Position numbers and translations under genes: made by a program
The notes under the pieces: generated by a model
The model's input: only the letters and a program-made list of their open reading frames with translations
Database searches by the model: none
Told to the model about the DNA's origin: nothing
In this document: positions 26,896-35,227 of the stretch, one piece after another
Position numbering within the stretch: position 1 is the stretch's first letter
Layout of the letters: every line of letters begins with the position of its first letter
DNA from: a virus
Taxonomy: Duplodnaviria > Heunggongvirae > Uroviricota > Caudoviricetes
Virus record (IMG/VR): IMGVR_UViG_2778261451_000005
Direction: 5' to 3' (one strand)
DNA: 35,227 nt

Positions 26896-26991
26896 ATCTG
26901 TTGTTTCATCCACTGACCAGTCAGGTCAAATAGCGTCTCATGCACTGCCCAACAGAAAATAGTTGCACCCATTAACCACGGAGTTAAACGG
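26896..26991 (+). promoter_or_regulatory. Region expected to contain late promoter P_F
   Basis: Position upstream of FI as in P2; specific Ogr dyad not confidently located. Confidence 0.4.
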
Positions 26992-28182
26992 ATGAGTGAC
27001 TATCATCATGGCGTGCAGGTGCTGGAGATTAACGACGGCACCCGCGTCATTTCCACCGTATCCACTGCCATTGTCGGCATGGTCTGCACGGCCAGCGATG
27101 CGGATGCGGAAACCTTCCCCCTCAATAAACCGGTGCTGATTACCAATGTGCAAAGCGCAATTGCAAAGGCCGGTAAAAAAGGCACGCTGGCGGCATCGTT
27201 GCAGGCCATCGCTGACCAGTCAAAACCGGTCACCGTTGTCGTGCGCGTGGAAGACGGCACCGGTGATGACGAGGAAACGAAACTCGCGCAGACCGTTTTC
27301 AATATCATCGGCACCACCGACGAAAACGGTCAGTACACCGGACTAAAAGCCCTGCTGGCGGCGGAGTCGGTAACCGGTGTTAAACCGCGTATTCTCGGTG
27401 TGCCGGGACTGGATACCAAAGAGGTGGCTGTTGCACTGGCATCCGTCTGTCAGAAGCTGCGCGCTTTCGGATATATCAGCGCATGGGGCTGTAAGACCAT
27501 TTCCGAGGTGAAAGCCTACCGCCAGAATTTCAGCCAGCGTGAGCTGATGGTCATCTGGCCGGATTTCCTCGCATGGGATACGGTCACCAGTACCACCGCC
27601 ACCGCGTATGCCACCGCCCGTGCGCTGGGTCTGCGCGCTAAAATCGACCAGGAGCAGGGCTGGCATAAAACGCTGTCCAACGTCGGGGTAAACGGTGTTA
27701 CCGGCATCAGCGCGTCCGTATTCTGGGATTTGCAGGAGTCCGGCACCGATGCTGACCTGCTTAACGAGTCAGGCGTCACAACGCTGATTCGCCGTGACGG
27801 TTTCCGCTTCTGGGGTAACCGTACCTGCTCTGATGACCCGCTGTTCCTCTTTGAAAACTACACCCGCACCGCGCAGGTGCTGGCCGACACGATGGCTGAG
27901 GCGCACATGTGGGCGGTGGACAAGCCCATCACCGCAACGCTGATTCGCGACATCGTTGACGGCATCAATGCCAAATTCCGAGAGCTGAAAACAAACGGCT
28001 ATATCGTGGATGCGACCTGCTGGTTCAGCGAAGAATCCAACGATGCGGAAACCCTCAAGGCCGGAAAACTGTATATCGACTACGACTATACCCCGGTGCC
28101 TCCTCTCGAAAACCTGACCCTGCGCCAGCGTATTACCGATAAATACCTGGCAAATCTGGTCACCTCGGTTAACAGCAATTAA
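26992..28182 (+). CDS. FI: Tail sheath protein FI
   Basis: 396 aa; P2 size and order. Confidence 0.93.
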   Translation: MSDYHHGVQVLEINDGTRVISTVSTAIVGMVCTASDADAETFPLNKPVLITNVQSAIAKAGKKGTLAASLQAIADQSKPVTVVVRVEDGTGDDEETKLAQTVFNIIGTTDENGQYTGLKALLAAESVTGVKPRILGVPGLDTKEVAVALASVCQKLRAFGYISAWGCKTISEVKAYRQNFSQRELMVIWPDFLAWDTVTSTTATAYATARALGLRAKIDQEQGWHKTLSNVGVNGVTGISASVFWDLQESGTDADLLNESGVTTLIRRDGFRFWGNRTCSDDPLFLFENYTRTAQVLADTMAEAHMWAVDKPITATLIRDIVDGINAKFRELKTNGYIVDATCWFSEESNDAETLKAGKLYIDYDYTPVPPLENLTLRQRITDKYLANLVTSVNSN

Positions 28183-28194
28183 GGAGCCTGACCG

Positions 28195-28713
28195 ATGGCA
28201 ATGCCGCGCAAACTCAAATACATGAATGTCTTTCTGAACGGCTACAGCTATCAGGGCGTTGCAACGTCCGTCACGCTGCCAAAACTGACCCGTAAGCTCG
28301 AAAATTATCGCGGTGCGGGGATGAACGGCAGCGCACCGGTAGACCTCGGCCTTGATGACGATGCGCTGTCAATGGAGTGGTCGCTCGGGGGTTTCCCGGA
28401 TTCGGTTATCTGGGAGCTTTACGCTGCAACCAGTGCTGATGCCGTACCGATTCGTTTTGCTGGTTCTTACCAGCGCGACGATACCGGCGAAACGGTGGCC
28501 GTCGAAGTGGTCATGCGTGGGCGTCAGAAAGAAGTCGACACCGGAGAGGGTAAACAGGGAGAGGATACCGAATCGAAACTCCCGGTGATTTGTACTTATT
28601 TCCGGCTGACGATGGACGGTAAGGAGCTGGTCGAAATCGACACCATCAACATGATTGAGAAGGTGAACGGCGTCGACCGGCTGGAGCAACACCGCCGAAA
28701 TATCGGCCTGTGA
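28195..28713 (+). CDS. FII: Tail tube protein FII
   Basis: 172 aa; follows sheath. Confidence 0.93.
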   Translation: MAMPRKLKYMNVFLNGYSYQGVATSVTLPKLTRKLENYRGAGMNGSAPVDLGLDDDALSMEWSLGGFPDSVIWELYAATSADAVPIRFAGSYQRDDTGETVAVEVVMRGRQKEVDTGEGKQGEDTESKLPVICTYFRLTMDGKELVEIDTINMIEKVNGVDRLEQHRRNIGL

Positions 28714-28769
28714 TTTTCATACGGTCAGCCAGGCTGACCGGTTAACCCTGATTCAGAAGTGAGAAAACC

Positions 28770-29045
28770 ATGAACAAAGAAAATGTCATTACCCTGGAAA
28801 ATCCGGTCAAACGTGGTGAGCAGGTTATCGAACAGGTCACGCTGATGAAACCCAATGCCGGGACGCTGCGCGGTGTCAGTCTGGCTGCGGTTGCAAACTC
28901 CGAAGTCGATGCACTGATTAAGGTGCTGCCGCGCATGACGGCACCGATGCTGACCGAGCAGGAAGTCGCCGCGCTGGAACTGCCTGACCTTGTGGCGCTG
29001 GCCGGTAAGGTGGTCGGTTTTTTGTCGCCGAACTCGGTGCAGTGA
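28770..29045 (+). CDS. E: Tail assembly chaperone E
   Basis: 91 aa; precedes tape measure. Confidence 0.88.
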   Translation: MNKENVITLENPVKRGEQVIEQVTLMKPNAGTLRGVSLAAVANSEVDALIKVLPRMTAPMLTEQEVAALELPDLVALAGKVVGFLSPNSVQ

Positions 29046-29197
29046 CGTTTCCGAAAAATCTGTCGGTCGATGACCTGATGGCGGATGTGGCAGTGATATT
29101 TCACTGGCCGCCATCAGAACTGTATCCCATGAGCCTGACCGAACTCATCACATGGCGCGAAAAGGCGCTCCGGCGAAGCGGAAACACGAATGAGTAA
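28770..29197 (+). CDS. E+E' tail chaperone made by programmed -1 ribosomal frameshift
   Basis: Slippery T_TTT_TTG at 29018..29024; -1 frame continues …FHWPPSELYPMSLTELITWREKALRRSGNTNE to stop at 29195..29197, giving 142 aa as in P2. Confidence 0.75.
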
Positions 29198-31637
29198 CAA
29201 TGTAAAATTACAGGTATTGCTCAGGGCTGTTGACCAGGCATCCCGCCCGTTTAAATCCATCCGTACAGCGAGCAAGTCGCTGTCGGGGGATATCCGGGAC
29301 ACACAAAAATCACTGCGCGAGCTGAACGGTCACGCATCCCGTATTGAGGGATTTCGCAAGACCAGCGCACAGCTCGCCGTGACTGGTCATGCACTTGAGA
29401 AGGCACGGCTGGAAGCCGAAGCCCTTGCCACACAGTTTAAAAATACCGAACGTCCGACCCGTGCTCAGGCGAAAGTGCTGGAATCCGCAAAGCGAGCGGC
29501 GGAGGACTTACAGGCGAAATATAACCGCCTGACGGATTCCGTTAAACGCCAGCAGCGGGAACTGGCTGCTGTGGGAATTAATACCCGCAATCTTGCACAT
29601 GATGAGCAGGGGCTGAAAAACCGTATCAGTGAAACCACCGCGCAGCTTAACCGGCAGCGTGACGCGCTGGCGCGTGTCAGCGCGCAACAGGCAAAACTTA
29701 ACGCAGTCAAACAGCGTTATCAGGCCGGAAAGGAACTGGCCGGAAATATGGCCTCAGTGGGCGCTGCCGGTGTGGGGATTGCGGCGGCGGGAACGATGGC
29801 CGGAGTTAAGCTGCTGATGCCCGGTTATGAGTTTGCGCAGAAAAACTCAGAATTACAGGCTGTGCTCGGCGTGGCAAAAGACTCCGCCGAAATGGCCGCG
29901 CTCCGCAAACAGGCGCGCCAGCTCGGCGACAACACCGCCGCCTCGGCGGATGATGCAGCCGGTGCGCAGATTATCATTGCAAAAGCCGGTGGGGATGTTG
30001 ATGCCATTCAGGCGGCAACGCCGGTCACGCTGAATATGGCGCTGGCGAACCGTCGCACGATGGAAGAAAACGCCGCCCTGCTGATGGGGATGAAATCCGC
30101 CTTTCAGCTTTCAAACGATAAGGTCGCTCATATCGGGGATGTTCTCTCCATGACGATGAACAAAACCGCCGCCGATTTTGACGGCATGAGCGATGCGCTG
30201 ACCTATGCCGCACCTGTGGCAAAAAATGCCGGTGTCAGCATTGAAGAAACCGCCGCAATGGTCGGGGCGCTGCATGATGCAAAAATCACAGGCTCAATGG
30301 CGGGGACGGGAAGCCGTGCCGTGTTAAGCCGCCTGCAGGCACCGACGGGAAAAGCGTGGGATGCACTGAAAGAGCTTGGTGTGAAAACCTCAGACAGCAA
30401 GGGAAACACCCGACCAGTATTTACCATTCTGAAAGAAATGCAGGCCAGTTTTGAGAAAAACCGGCTCGGTACTGCCCAGCAGGCTGAATACATGAAAACT
30501 ATTTTCGGGGAAGAGGCCAGCTCAGCCGCCGCCGTGCTGATGACTGCCGCCTCAACCGGAAAGCTGGACAAACTGACCGCTGCGTTTAAAGCCTCAGACG
30601 GGAAGACCGCCGAGCTGGTAAATATCATGCAGGACAACCTCGGCGGTGACTTTAAGGAGTTTCAGTCCGCTTATGAGGCGGTGGGGACTGACCTGTTTGA
30701 CCAGCAGGAAGGCGCACTGCGTAATCTCACGCAGACAGCCACAAAGTATGTGCTAAAACTCGACGGCTGGATCCAGAAAAACAAATCACTGGCGTCAACC
30801 ACCGGCCTCATTGCCGGTGGCGCACTGGCGCTGACTGGCATCATCGGTGCCATTGGTCTTGTAGCCTGGCCGGTTATCACCGGCATCAATGCCATTATCG
30901 CGGCAGCAGGCGCAATGGGGGCAATCTTCACGACGGTTGGCAGTGCTGTTATGACGGCCATCGGGGCGATTAGCTGGCCGGTTGTGGCCGTGGTGGCCGC
31001 CATTGTCGCCGGGGCGTTGCTTATCCGTAAATACTGGGAGCCTGTCAGCGCATTCTTTGGCGGTGTGGTGGAAGGGCTGAAAGCGGCATTTGCGCCGGTG
31101 GGGGAACTGTTCATGCCACTTAAGCCGGTGTTTGACTGGCTGGGCGAAAAGTTACAGGCCGCGTGGCAGTGGTTTAAAAACCTGATTGCCCCGGTCAAAG
31201 CCACCCAGGACACCCTGAACCGTTGCCGTGACACGGGTGTCATGTTCGGGCAGGCACTGGCTGACGCGCTGATGCTGCCGCTTAATGCGTTCAACAAACT
31301 GCGCAGCGGTATTGCCTGGGTACTGGAAAAGCTCGGGGTCATCAACAAAGAGTCAGACACACTTGACCAGACCGCCGCCAGAACTCATGCCGCCACGTAT
31401 GGCACCGGTGGTTATATTCCGGCGACCAGCTCTTATGCAGGCTATCAGGCTTATCAGCCAGTCACGGCACTGGCTGGCCGCTCTTATGTGGACCAGAGTA
31501 AAAACGAATATCACATCAGCCTGACGGGTGGTACTGCGCCGGGGACACAGCTTGACCGCCAGTTACAGGATGCGCTCGAAAAATACGAGCGGGATAAACG
31601 TGCGCGTGCCCGTGCCAGCATGATGCATGACGGTTAA
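29190..31637 (+). CDS. T: Tail tape measure protein T
   Basis: 815 aa; coiled-coil N-terminus and Gly/Ala-rich hydrophobic region. Confidence 0.93.
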   Translation: MSNNVKLQVLLRAVDQASRPFKSIRTASKSLSGDIRDTQKSLRELNGHASRIEGFRKTSAQLAVTGHALEKARLEAEALATQFKNTERPTRAQAKVLESAKRAAEDLQAKYNRLTDSVKRQQRELAAVGINTRNLAHDEQGLKNRISETTAQLNRQRDALARVSAQQAKLNAVKQRYQAGKELAGNMASVGAAGVGIAAAGTMAGVKLLMPGYEFAQKNSELQAVLGVAKDSAEMAALRKQARQLGDNTAASADDAAGAQIIIAKAGGDVDAIQAATPVTLNMALANRRTMEENAALLMGMKSAFQLSNDKVAHIGDVLSMTMNKTAADFDGMSDALTYAAPVAKNAGVSIEETAAMVGALHDAKITGSMAGTGSRAVLSRLQAPTGKAWDALKELGVKTSDSKGNTRPVFTILKEMQASFEKNRLGTAQQAEYMKTIFGEEASSAAAVLMTAASTGKLDKLTAAFKASDGKTAELVNIMQDNLGGDFKEFQSAYEAVGTDLFDQQEGALRNLTQTATKYVLKLDGWIQKNKSLASTTGLIAGGALALTGIIGAIGLVAWPVITGINAIIAAAGAMGAIFTTVGSAVMTAIGAISWPVVAVVAAIVAGALLIRKYWEPVSAFFGGVVEGLKAAFAPVGELFMPLKPVFDWLGEKLQAAWQWFKNLIAPVKATQDTLNRCRDTGVMFGQALADALMLPLNAFNKLRSGIAWVLEKLGVINKESDTLDQTAARTHAATYGTGGYIPATSSYAGYQAYQPVTALAGRSYVDQSKNEYHISLTGGTAPGTQLDRQLQDALEKYERDKRARARASMMHDG

Positions 31638-31651
31638 GGAGGTGACGAAAA

Positions 31652-32131
31652 ATGATGCTCGCGTTAGGTATGTTTGTTTTTATGCGCCAGACGCTGCCAC
31701 ACCAGACCATGCAGCGTGAATCAGATTATCGCTGGCCGTCAAATTCCCGTATCGGTAAACGGGATGCCTTTCAGTTTCTCGGTGTGGGTGAGGAAAACAT
31801 GACGCTTGCCGGCGTGCTTTATCCCGAACTGACCGGCGGGAAGCTGACGATGACCACGCTCAGGCTGATGGCAGAGGAAGGCCGGGCGTGGCCGTTGCTG
31901 GATGGCACCGGCATGATTTACGGCATGTATGTCATCAGCAGGGTGAGTGAAACAGGGAGTATTTTCTTTGCAGACGGCACACCCCGGAAAATTGATTTTA
32001 CGCTGTCGCTCACCCGCGTGGATGAATCACTGGCCGCGCTTTATGGCGATATCGGTAAACAGGCGGAATCGCTCATCGGTAAGGCTGGCAGTGTGGCGAC
32101 CAGATTCACGGGTATGACGGGGGCGGGATAA
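31652..32131 (+). CDS. U: Tail protein U
   Basis: 159 aa; P2 order. Confidence 0.9.
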   Translation: MMLALGMFVFMRQTLPHQTMQRESDYRWPSNSRIGKRDAFQFLGVGEENMTLAGVLYPELTGGKLTMTTLRLMAEEGRAWPLLDGTGMIYGMYVISRVSETGSIFFADGTPRKIDFTLSLTRVDESLAALYGDIGKQAESLIGKAGSVATRFTGMTGAG

Positions 32132-33294
32132 TGCTGGATGCGCTGACATTTGATGCAGGCAGTACGCTGACGCCGGATTACATGCTGATGCTCGACAGCA
32201 GGGATATTACCGGCAATATCAGCGACCGTCTGATGAGCATGACCCTGACGGATAACCGGGGCTTTGAGGCTGACCAGCTTGATATTGAACTGAACGATGC
32301 CGACGGGCAGGTCGAACTGCCGGTTCGTGGTGCTGTTCTGAAGGTGTATATCGGCTGGAAAGGTTTTGCCCTGGTATGCAAAGGGAAATTTACCGTTGAT
32401 GAGGTTGAACACCGGGGCGCACCGGATGTGGTCACCATCCGCGCCCGGAGTGCAGATTTTCGCGGGACGCTCAATTCCCGCCGTGAAGGGTCATGGCATG
32501 ACACCACGCTCGGTGCGATTGTTGAGGCGATAGCCTCCCGTAACAGGCTGGAAGCCAGTGTCGCGCCGTCACTGGCCGGAATTAAAATCCCGCACATCGA
32601 CCAGTCGCAGGAGTCTGATGCGAAATTCCTGACCCGTCTTGCAGAACGCAACGGCGGTGAGGTGTCGGTAAAAATGGGAAAACTGTTGTTTCTCAAAGCG
32701 GGGCAGGGGGTGACGGCCAGCGGTAAAAAAATCCCGCAGGTCACCATAACCCGCAGCGACGGCGACCGCCATCATTTTGCGATTGCTGACCGTGGAGCCT
32801 ATACCGGCGTAACGGCAAAGTGGTTACACACCAAAGACCCGAAGCCGCAAAAGCAGAAGGTAAAACTGAAACGCAAAAAGAAAGAGAAACACCTGCGCGC
32901 ACTGGAGCACCCGAAAGCGAAACCAGTCACGCAGAAGAAAGCGCCAAAAGTACCGGAAGCGCGCGAAGGTGAATACATGGCCGGTGAAGCTGACAACGTT
33001 TTTGCCCTGACCACGGTATATGCCACGAAAGCGCAGGCCATGCGCGCCGCTCAGGCGAAGTGGGATAAACTGCAACGGGGCGTTGCGGAGTTCTCCATCA
33101 GCCTTGCCACTGGTCGTGCTGATATTTACACGGAAACACCGGTCAGAGTGTCAGGCTTTAAGCGCGTCATAGACGAGCAGGACTGGACAATCACTAAGGT
33201 GACACATTTTCTGAATAATAGCGGCTTCACGACGTCCTTAGAGCTTGAGGTCAGGCTTTCTGATGTGGAGTACGAAACAGAAGATGATGATTAA
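32131..33294 (+). CDS. D: Tail protein D
   Basis: 387 aa; P2 order. Confidence 0.9.
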   Translation: MLDALTFDAGSTLTPDYMLMLDSRDITGNISDRLMSMTLTDNRGFEADQLDIELNDADGQVELPVRGAVLKVYIGWKGFALVCKGKFTVDEVEHRGAPDVVTIRARSADFRGTLNSRREGSWHDTTLGAIVEAIASRNRLEASVAPSLAGIKIPHIDQSQESDAKFLTRLAERNGGEVSVKMGKLLFLKAGQGVTASGKKIPQVTITRSDGDRHHFAIADRGAYTGVTAKWLHTKDPKPQKQKVKLKRKKKEKHLRALEHPKAKPVTQKKAPKVPEAREGEYMAGEADNVFALTTVYATKAQAMRAAQAKWDKLQRGVAEFSISLATGRADIYTETPVRVSGFKRVIDEQDWTITKVTHFLNNSGFTTSLELEVRLSDVEYETEDDD

Positions 33295-33374
33295 TGTTTT
33301 GTTTTATCTGTTTGTTTTATAAGGATAAATTAAATAAAATGGCACCATTAACAAAACCGGAAGAGGTGCTCGCG

Positions 33375-33593
33375 ATGTTTCATTGTCCTTTATGCCAGCA
33401 TGCCGCACATGCGCGTACAAGCCGCTATATCACTGACACGACAAAAGAGCGTTATCACCAGTGCCAGAACGTGAATTGCAGCGCCACGTTCATCACTTAT
33501 GAGTCGGTACAGAGATACATCGTGAAGCCGGGAGAAGTCCACGCCGTAAGGCCGCACCCGTTGCCGTCAGGGCAGCAAATTATGTGGATGTAA
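33375..33593 (+). CDS. ogr: Late gene activator Ogr (zinc finger)
   Basis: 72 aa from ATG at 33375 with GAGGTG SD (MFHCPLCQHAAHARTSRYITDTTKERYHQCQNVNCSATF…); four-Cys zinc finger; ORF-track start 33294 rejected. Confidence 0.93.
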   Translation: MFHCPLCQHAAHARTSRYITDTTKERYHQCQNVNCSATFITYESVQRYIVKPGEVHAVRPHPLPSGQQIMWM

Positions 33594-33605
33594 TTACAAA
33601 CAGAA

Positions 33606-33630
33606 AGCCCCTCAGTCGAGGGGCTTTTTT
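33606..33630 (+). terminator. Rho-independent terminator after ogr
   Basis: gcccctc / gaggggc stem followed by TTTTTT. Confidence 0.8.
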
Positions 33631-33635
33631 GTCGA

Positions 33636-33655
33636 TGTGGTCAATGTGTGGACGT
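33636..33655. promoter_or_regulatory. P-arm integrase arm-type repeats (tgtggtcaa, tgtggacgt; 11-bp period)
   Basis: Same TGTGGnCA motif and spacing as the repeats at 592..611. Confidence 0.55.
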
Positions 33656-33694
33656 GACCAGAAATAAATCCTTTTATTTCATTGTATTACGCGT

Positions 33695-33721
33695 AAAAAA
33701 TAAGCCCGTGTAAGGGAGATT
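33695..33721. repeat. attR core (27 bp), identical to 477..503
   Basis: Exact direct repeat; embedded in the cyaR terminator. Confidence 0.9.
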
Positions 33722-33781
33722 ACACAGGCTAAGGAGGTGGTTCCTGGTACAGCTAGCATTTTATGGGTTATGTTTTTCAGC
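33695..33781 (-). ncRNA. cyaR: CyaR (RyeE) Hfq-dependent small RNA
   Basis: Minus strand reads GCTGAAAAACATAACCCATAAAATGCTAGCTGTACCAGGAACCACCTCCTTAGCCTGTGTAATCTCCCTTACACGGGCTTATTTTTT, matching the recalled E. coli CyaR sequence including the terminator. Confidence 0.85.
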
Positions 33782-33835
33782 GAAACGGATGATAACCTTA
33801 ATAAATGCAGCTGTATGTGATCGGTTTCTAAGAAT
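33782..33835 (-). promoter_or_regulatory. cyaR promoter with class II CRP-like site
   Basis: -10 TATCAT at 33789..33794 (minus strand); TGTGA-N6-TCTAA at 33816..33831, centred about 42 bp upstream of the inferred start; CyaR is known to be CRP-activated. Confidence 0.45.
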
Positions 33836-33865
33836 TTTCCATCCGGGAAAAATAATCGAAATTAA

Positions 33866-35227
33866 TCACTTACCGTGGGGATTACGCGTGGTTTCCCCGG
33901 AGAAATTACGCATCAGCAGCGCGTAATTGAGCTCAAGATCCTGCGGGACCGGGAGCCACACAGTATAACCATCGCCTGGTGCTATCGGCATAGCTTCGCC
34001 TTTGGCGTTTTCCATGTGCTCAAGGGTAAAATTAATGTTGCCTTGCGGCGTCATCAGCTCAAGGCTGTCGCCAACGGAGAATTTATTTTTCACCGCTACC
34101 GCCGCGAGGTCCCCCTTGCGCTCACCGGTAAACTCACCAACAAACTGCTGGCGGTCAGAAACTGAATAACCGTATTCGTAGTTCTGATAATCGTCGTGAG
34201 TATGACGACGCAGGAAACCTTCGGTATAGCCACGATGCGCCAGACCTTCCAGAGTTTCCAGCAGGCTGGTATCGAACGGTTTTCCCGCAGCGGCGTCATC
34301 GATAGCTTTGCGGTAAACCTGTGCGGTGCGTGCACAATAGTAGAAAGATTTGGTACGACCTTCGATTTTCAGCGAATGCACGCCCATTTTGGTCAGGCGT
34401 TCTACATGGGCGATGGCGCGCAGATCTTTCGAGTTCATGATGTAAGTGCCGTGCTCATCTTCAAACGCGGTCATATACTCGCCCGGACGCTGGGCCTCTT
34501 CGATCATAAACACTTTGTCGGTTGGTGCGCCGATACCCAGCGTCGGCTCAACATTTTGCACCGGAATCGGCTCGTACTTGTGTACGATGTTGCCAACATC
34601 ATCTTCTTTCCCTTCCTGGACGTTGTACTCCCAGCGGCAGGCGTTGGTGCAGGTGCCCTGGTTCGGGTCGCGCTTGTTGATATAGCCAGAGAGCAGGCAG
34701 CGACCGGAGTAGGCCATGCACAGCGCGCCGTGAACGAAGATCTCGATCTCCATATCCGGCACCTGATTGCGGATCTCTTCAATCTCTTCCAGCGACAGCT
34801 CGCGAGAGAGGATCACGCGGGTCAGGCCCATTTGCTGCCAGAATTTCACCGTCGCCCAGTTCACGGCGTTAGCCTGCACCGAAAGGTGGATCGGCATTTC
34901 AGGGAAGTGCTCACGCACCAGCATAATCAGCCCTGGATCGGACATAATCAGCGCATCCGGCCCCATTTCCACCACCGGTTTCAGGTCACGGATAAAGGTT
35001 TTCAGCTTGGCGTTGTGCGGTGCAATGTTGACCACGACATAAAACTTTTTCCCCAGCGCGTGGGCTTCATTGATGCCGAGCTGAAGATTTTCGTGGTTGA
35101 ATTCGTTGTTGCGCACACGCAGGGAATAACGCGGCTGGCCCGCATAAACAGCATCTGCGCCATAAGCGAAAGCGTAACGCATATTTTTCAGCGTTCCCGC
35201 CGGGGAAAGGAGTTCCGGTTTAAACAT
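33866..35227 (-). CDS. yegQ: Peptidase U32-family protein YegQ (tRNA hydroxylation protein TrhP)
   Basis: 453 aa beginning MFKPELLSPAGTLKNMRYAFAYGADAVYAGQPRYSLRVRNNEF…; start codon is the last three bases of the window; known neighbour of cyaR. Confidence 0.9.
   Translation of the reverse strand: MFKPELLSPAGTLKNMRYAFAYGADAVYAGQPRYSLRVRNNEFNHENLQLGINEAHALGKKFYVVVNIAPHNAKLKTFIRDLKPVVEMGPDALIMSDPGLIMLVREHFPEMPIHLSVQANAVNWATVKFWQQMGLTRVILSRELSLEEIEEIRNQVPDMEIEIFVHGALCMAYSGRCLLSGYINKRDPNQGTCTNACRWEYNVQEGKEDDVGNIVHKYEPIPVQNVEPTLGIGAPTDKVFMIEEAQRPGEYMTAFEDEHGTYIMNSKDLRAIAHVERLTKMGVHSLKIEGRTKSFYYCARTAQVYRKAIDDAAAGKPFDTSLLETLEGLAHRGYTEGFLRRHTHDDYQNYEYGYSVSDRQQFVGEFTGERKGDLAAVAVKNKFSVGDSLELMTPQGNINFTLEHMENAKGEAMPIAPGDGYTVWLPVPQDLELNYALLMRNFSGETTRNPHGK

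Larger units (their letters stand above)
477..33721. mobile_element. P2-like prophage (integrase through ogr), bounded by att core direct repeats
   Basis: Complete P2 gene order; proteins match recalled P2 sequences (Int, Cox, Q, P, O, N, V, Ogr and others); 27-bp core AAAAAATAAGCCCGTGTAAGGGAGATT present at both ends; cos site inside. Confidence 0.93.

Overview
This window is an almost complete P2-like (Peduovirus-type) prophage of about 33.2 kb, integrated at the enterobacterial cyaR/yegQ locus. It is bounded by a 27-bp att core direct repeat (477..503 and 33695..33721), and the right copy is the 3' end of the CyaR sRNA gene. The backbone is in canonical P2 order and was identified by recalling P2 protein sequences, with no database search: int, C, cox, orf78, B, orf80-83, A, then cos, Q, P, O, N, M, L, X, Y, K, lysA, lysB, lysC, R, S, V, W, J, I, H, G, FI, FII, E/E+E', T, U, D, ogr. 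Three visibly AT-rich cargo insertions interrupt this backbone, and none carries the P2 genes expected there (tin/old, orf30, Z/fun). (1) Between A/orf91 and cos, two ORFs each encode a protein with two N-terminal transmembrane helices, and each is preceded by a copy of a ~55-bp repeated element. (2) Between S and V, an antisense ORF encodes a 261-aa three-helix membrane protein with its own hairpin terminator. (3) Between G and FI, a three-gene island carries a 280-aa unknown protein, a catalytic-domain-only tyrosine recombinase of FimB/FimE size, and a convergent 125-aa membrane protein. This island is bracketed by a perfect 16-bp inverted repeat with a third direct copy, and is the strongest candidate for an undescribed, possibly recombinase-switched, phage-defence or exclusion module. 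All functional calls for cargo genes are inference from sequence features and genomic context. GC content was judged by eye, and ORF-track starts using TTG/GTG were moved to the ATG matching the P2 homologue and a Shine-Dalgarno sequence.
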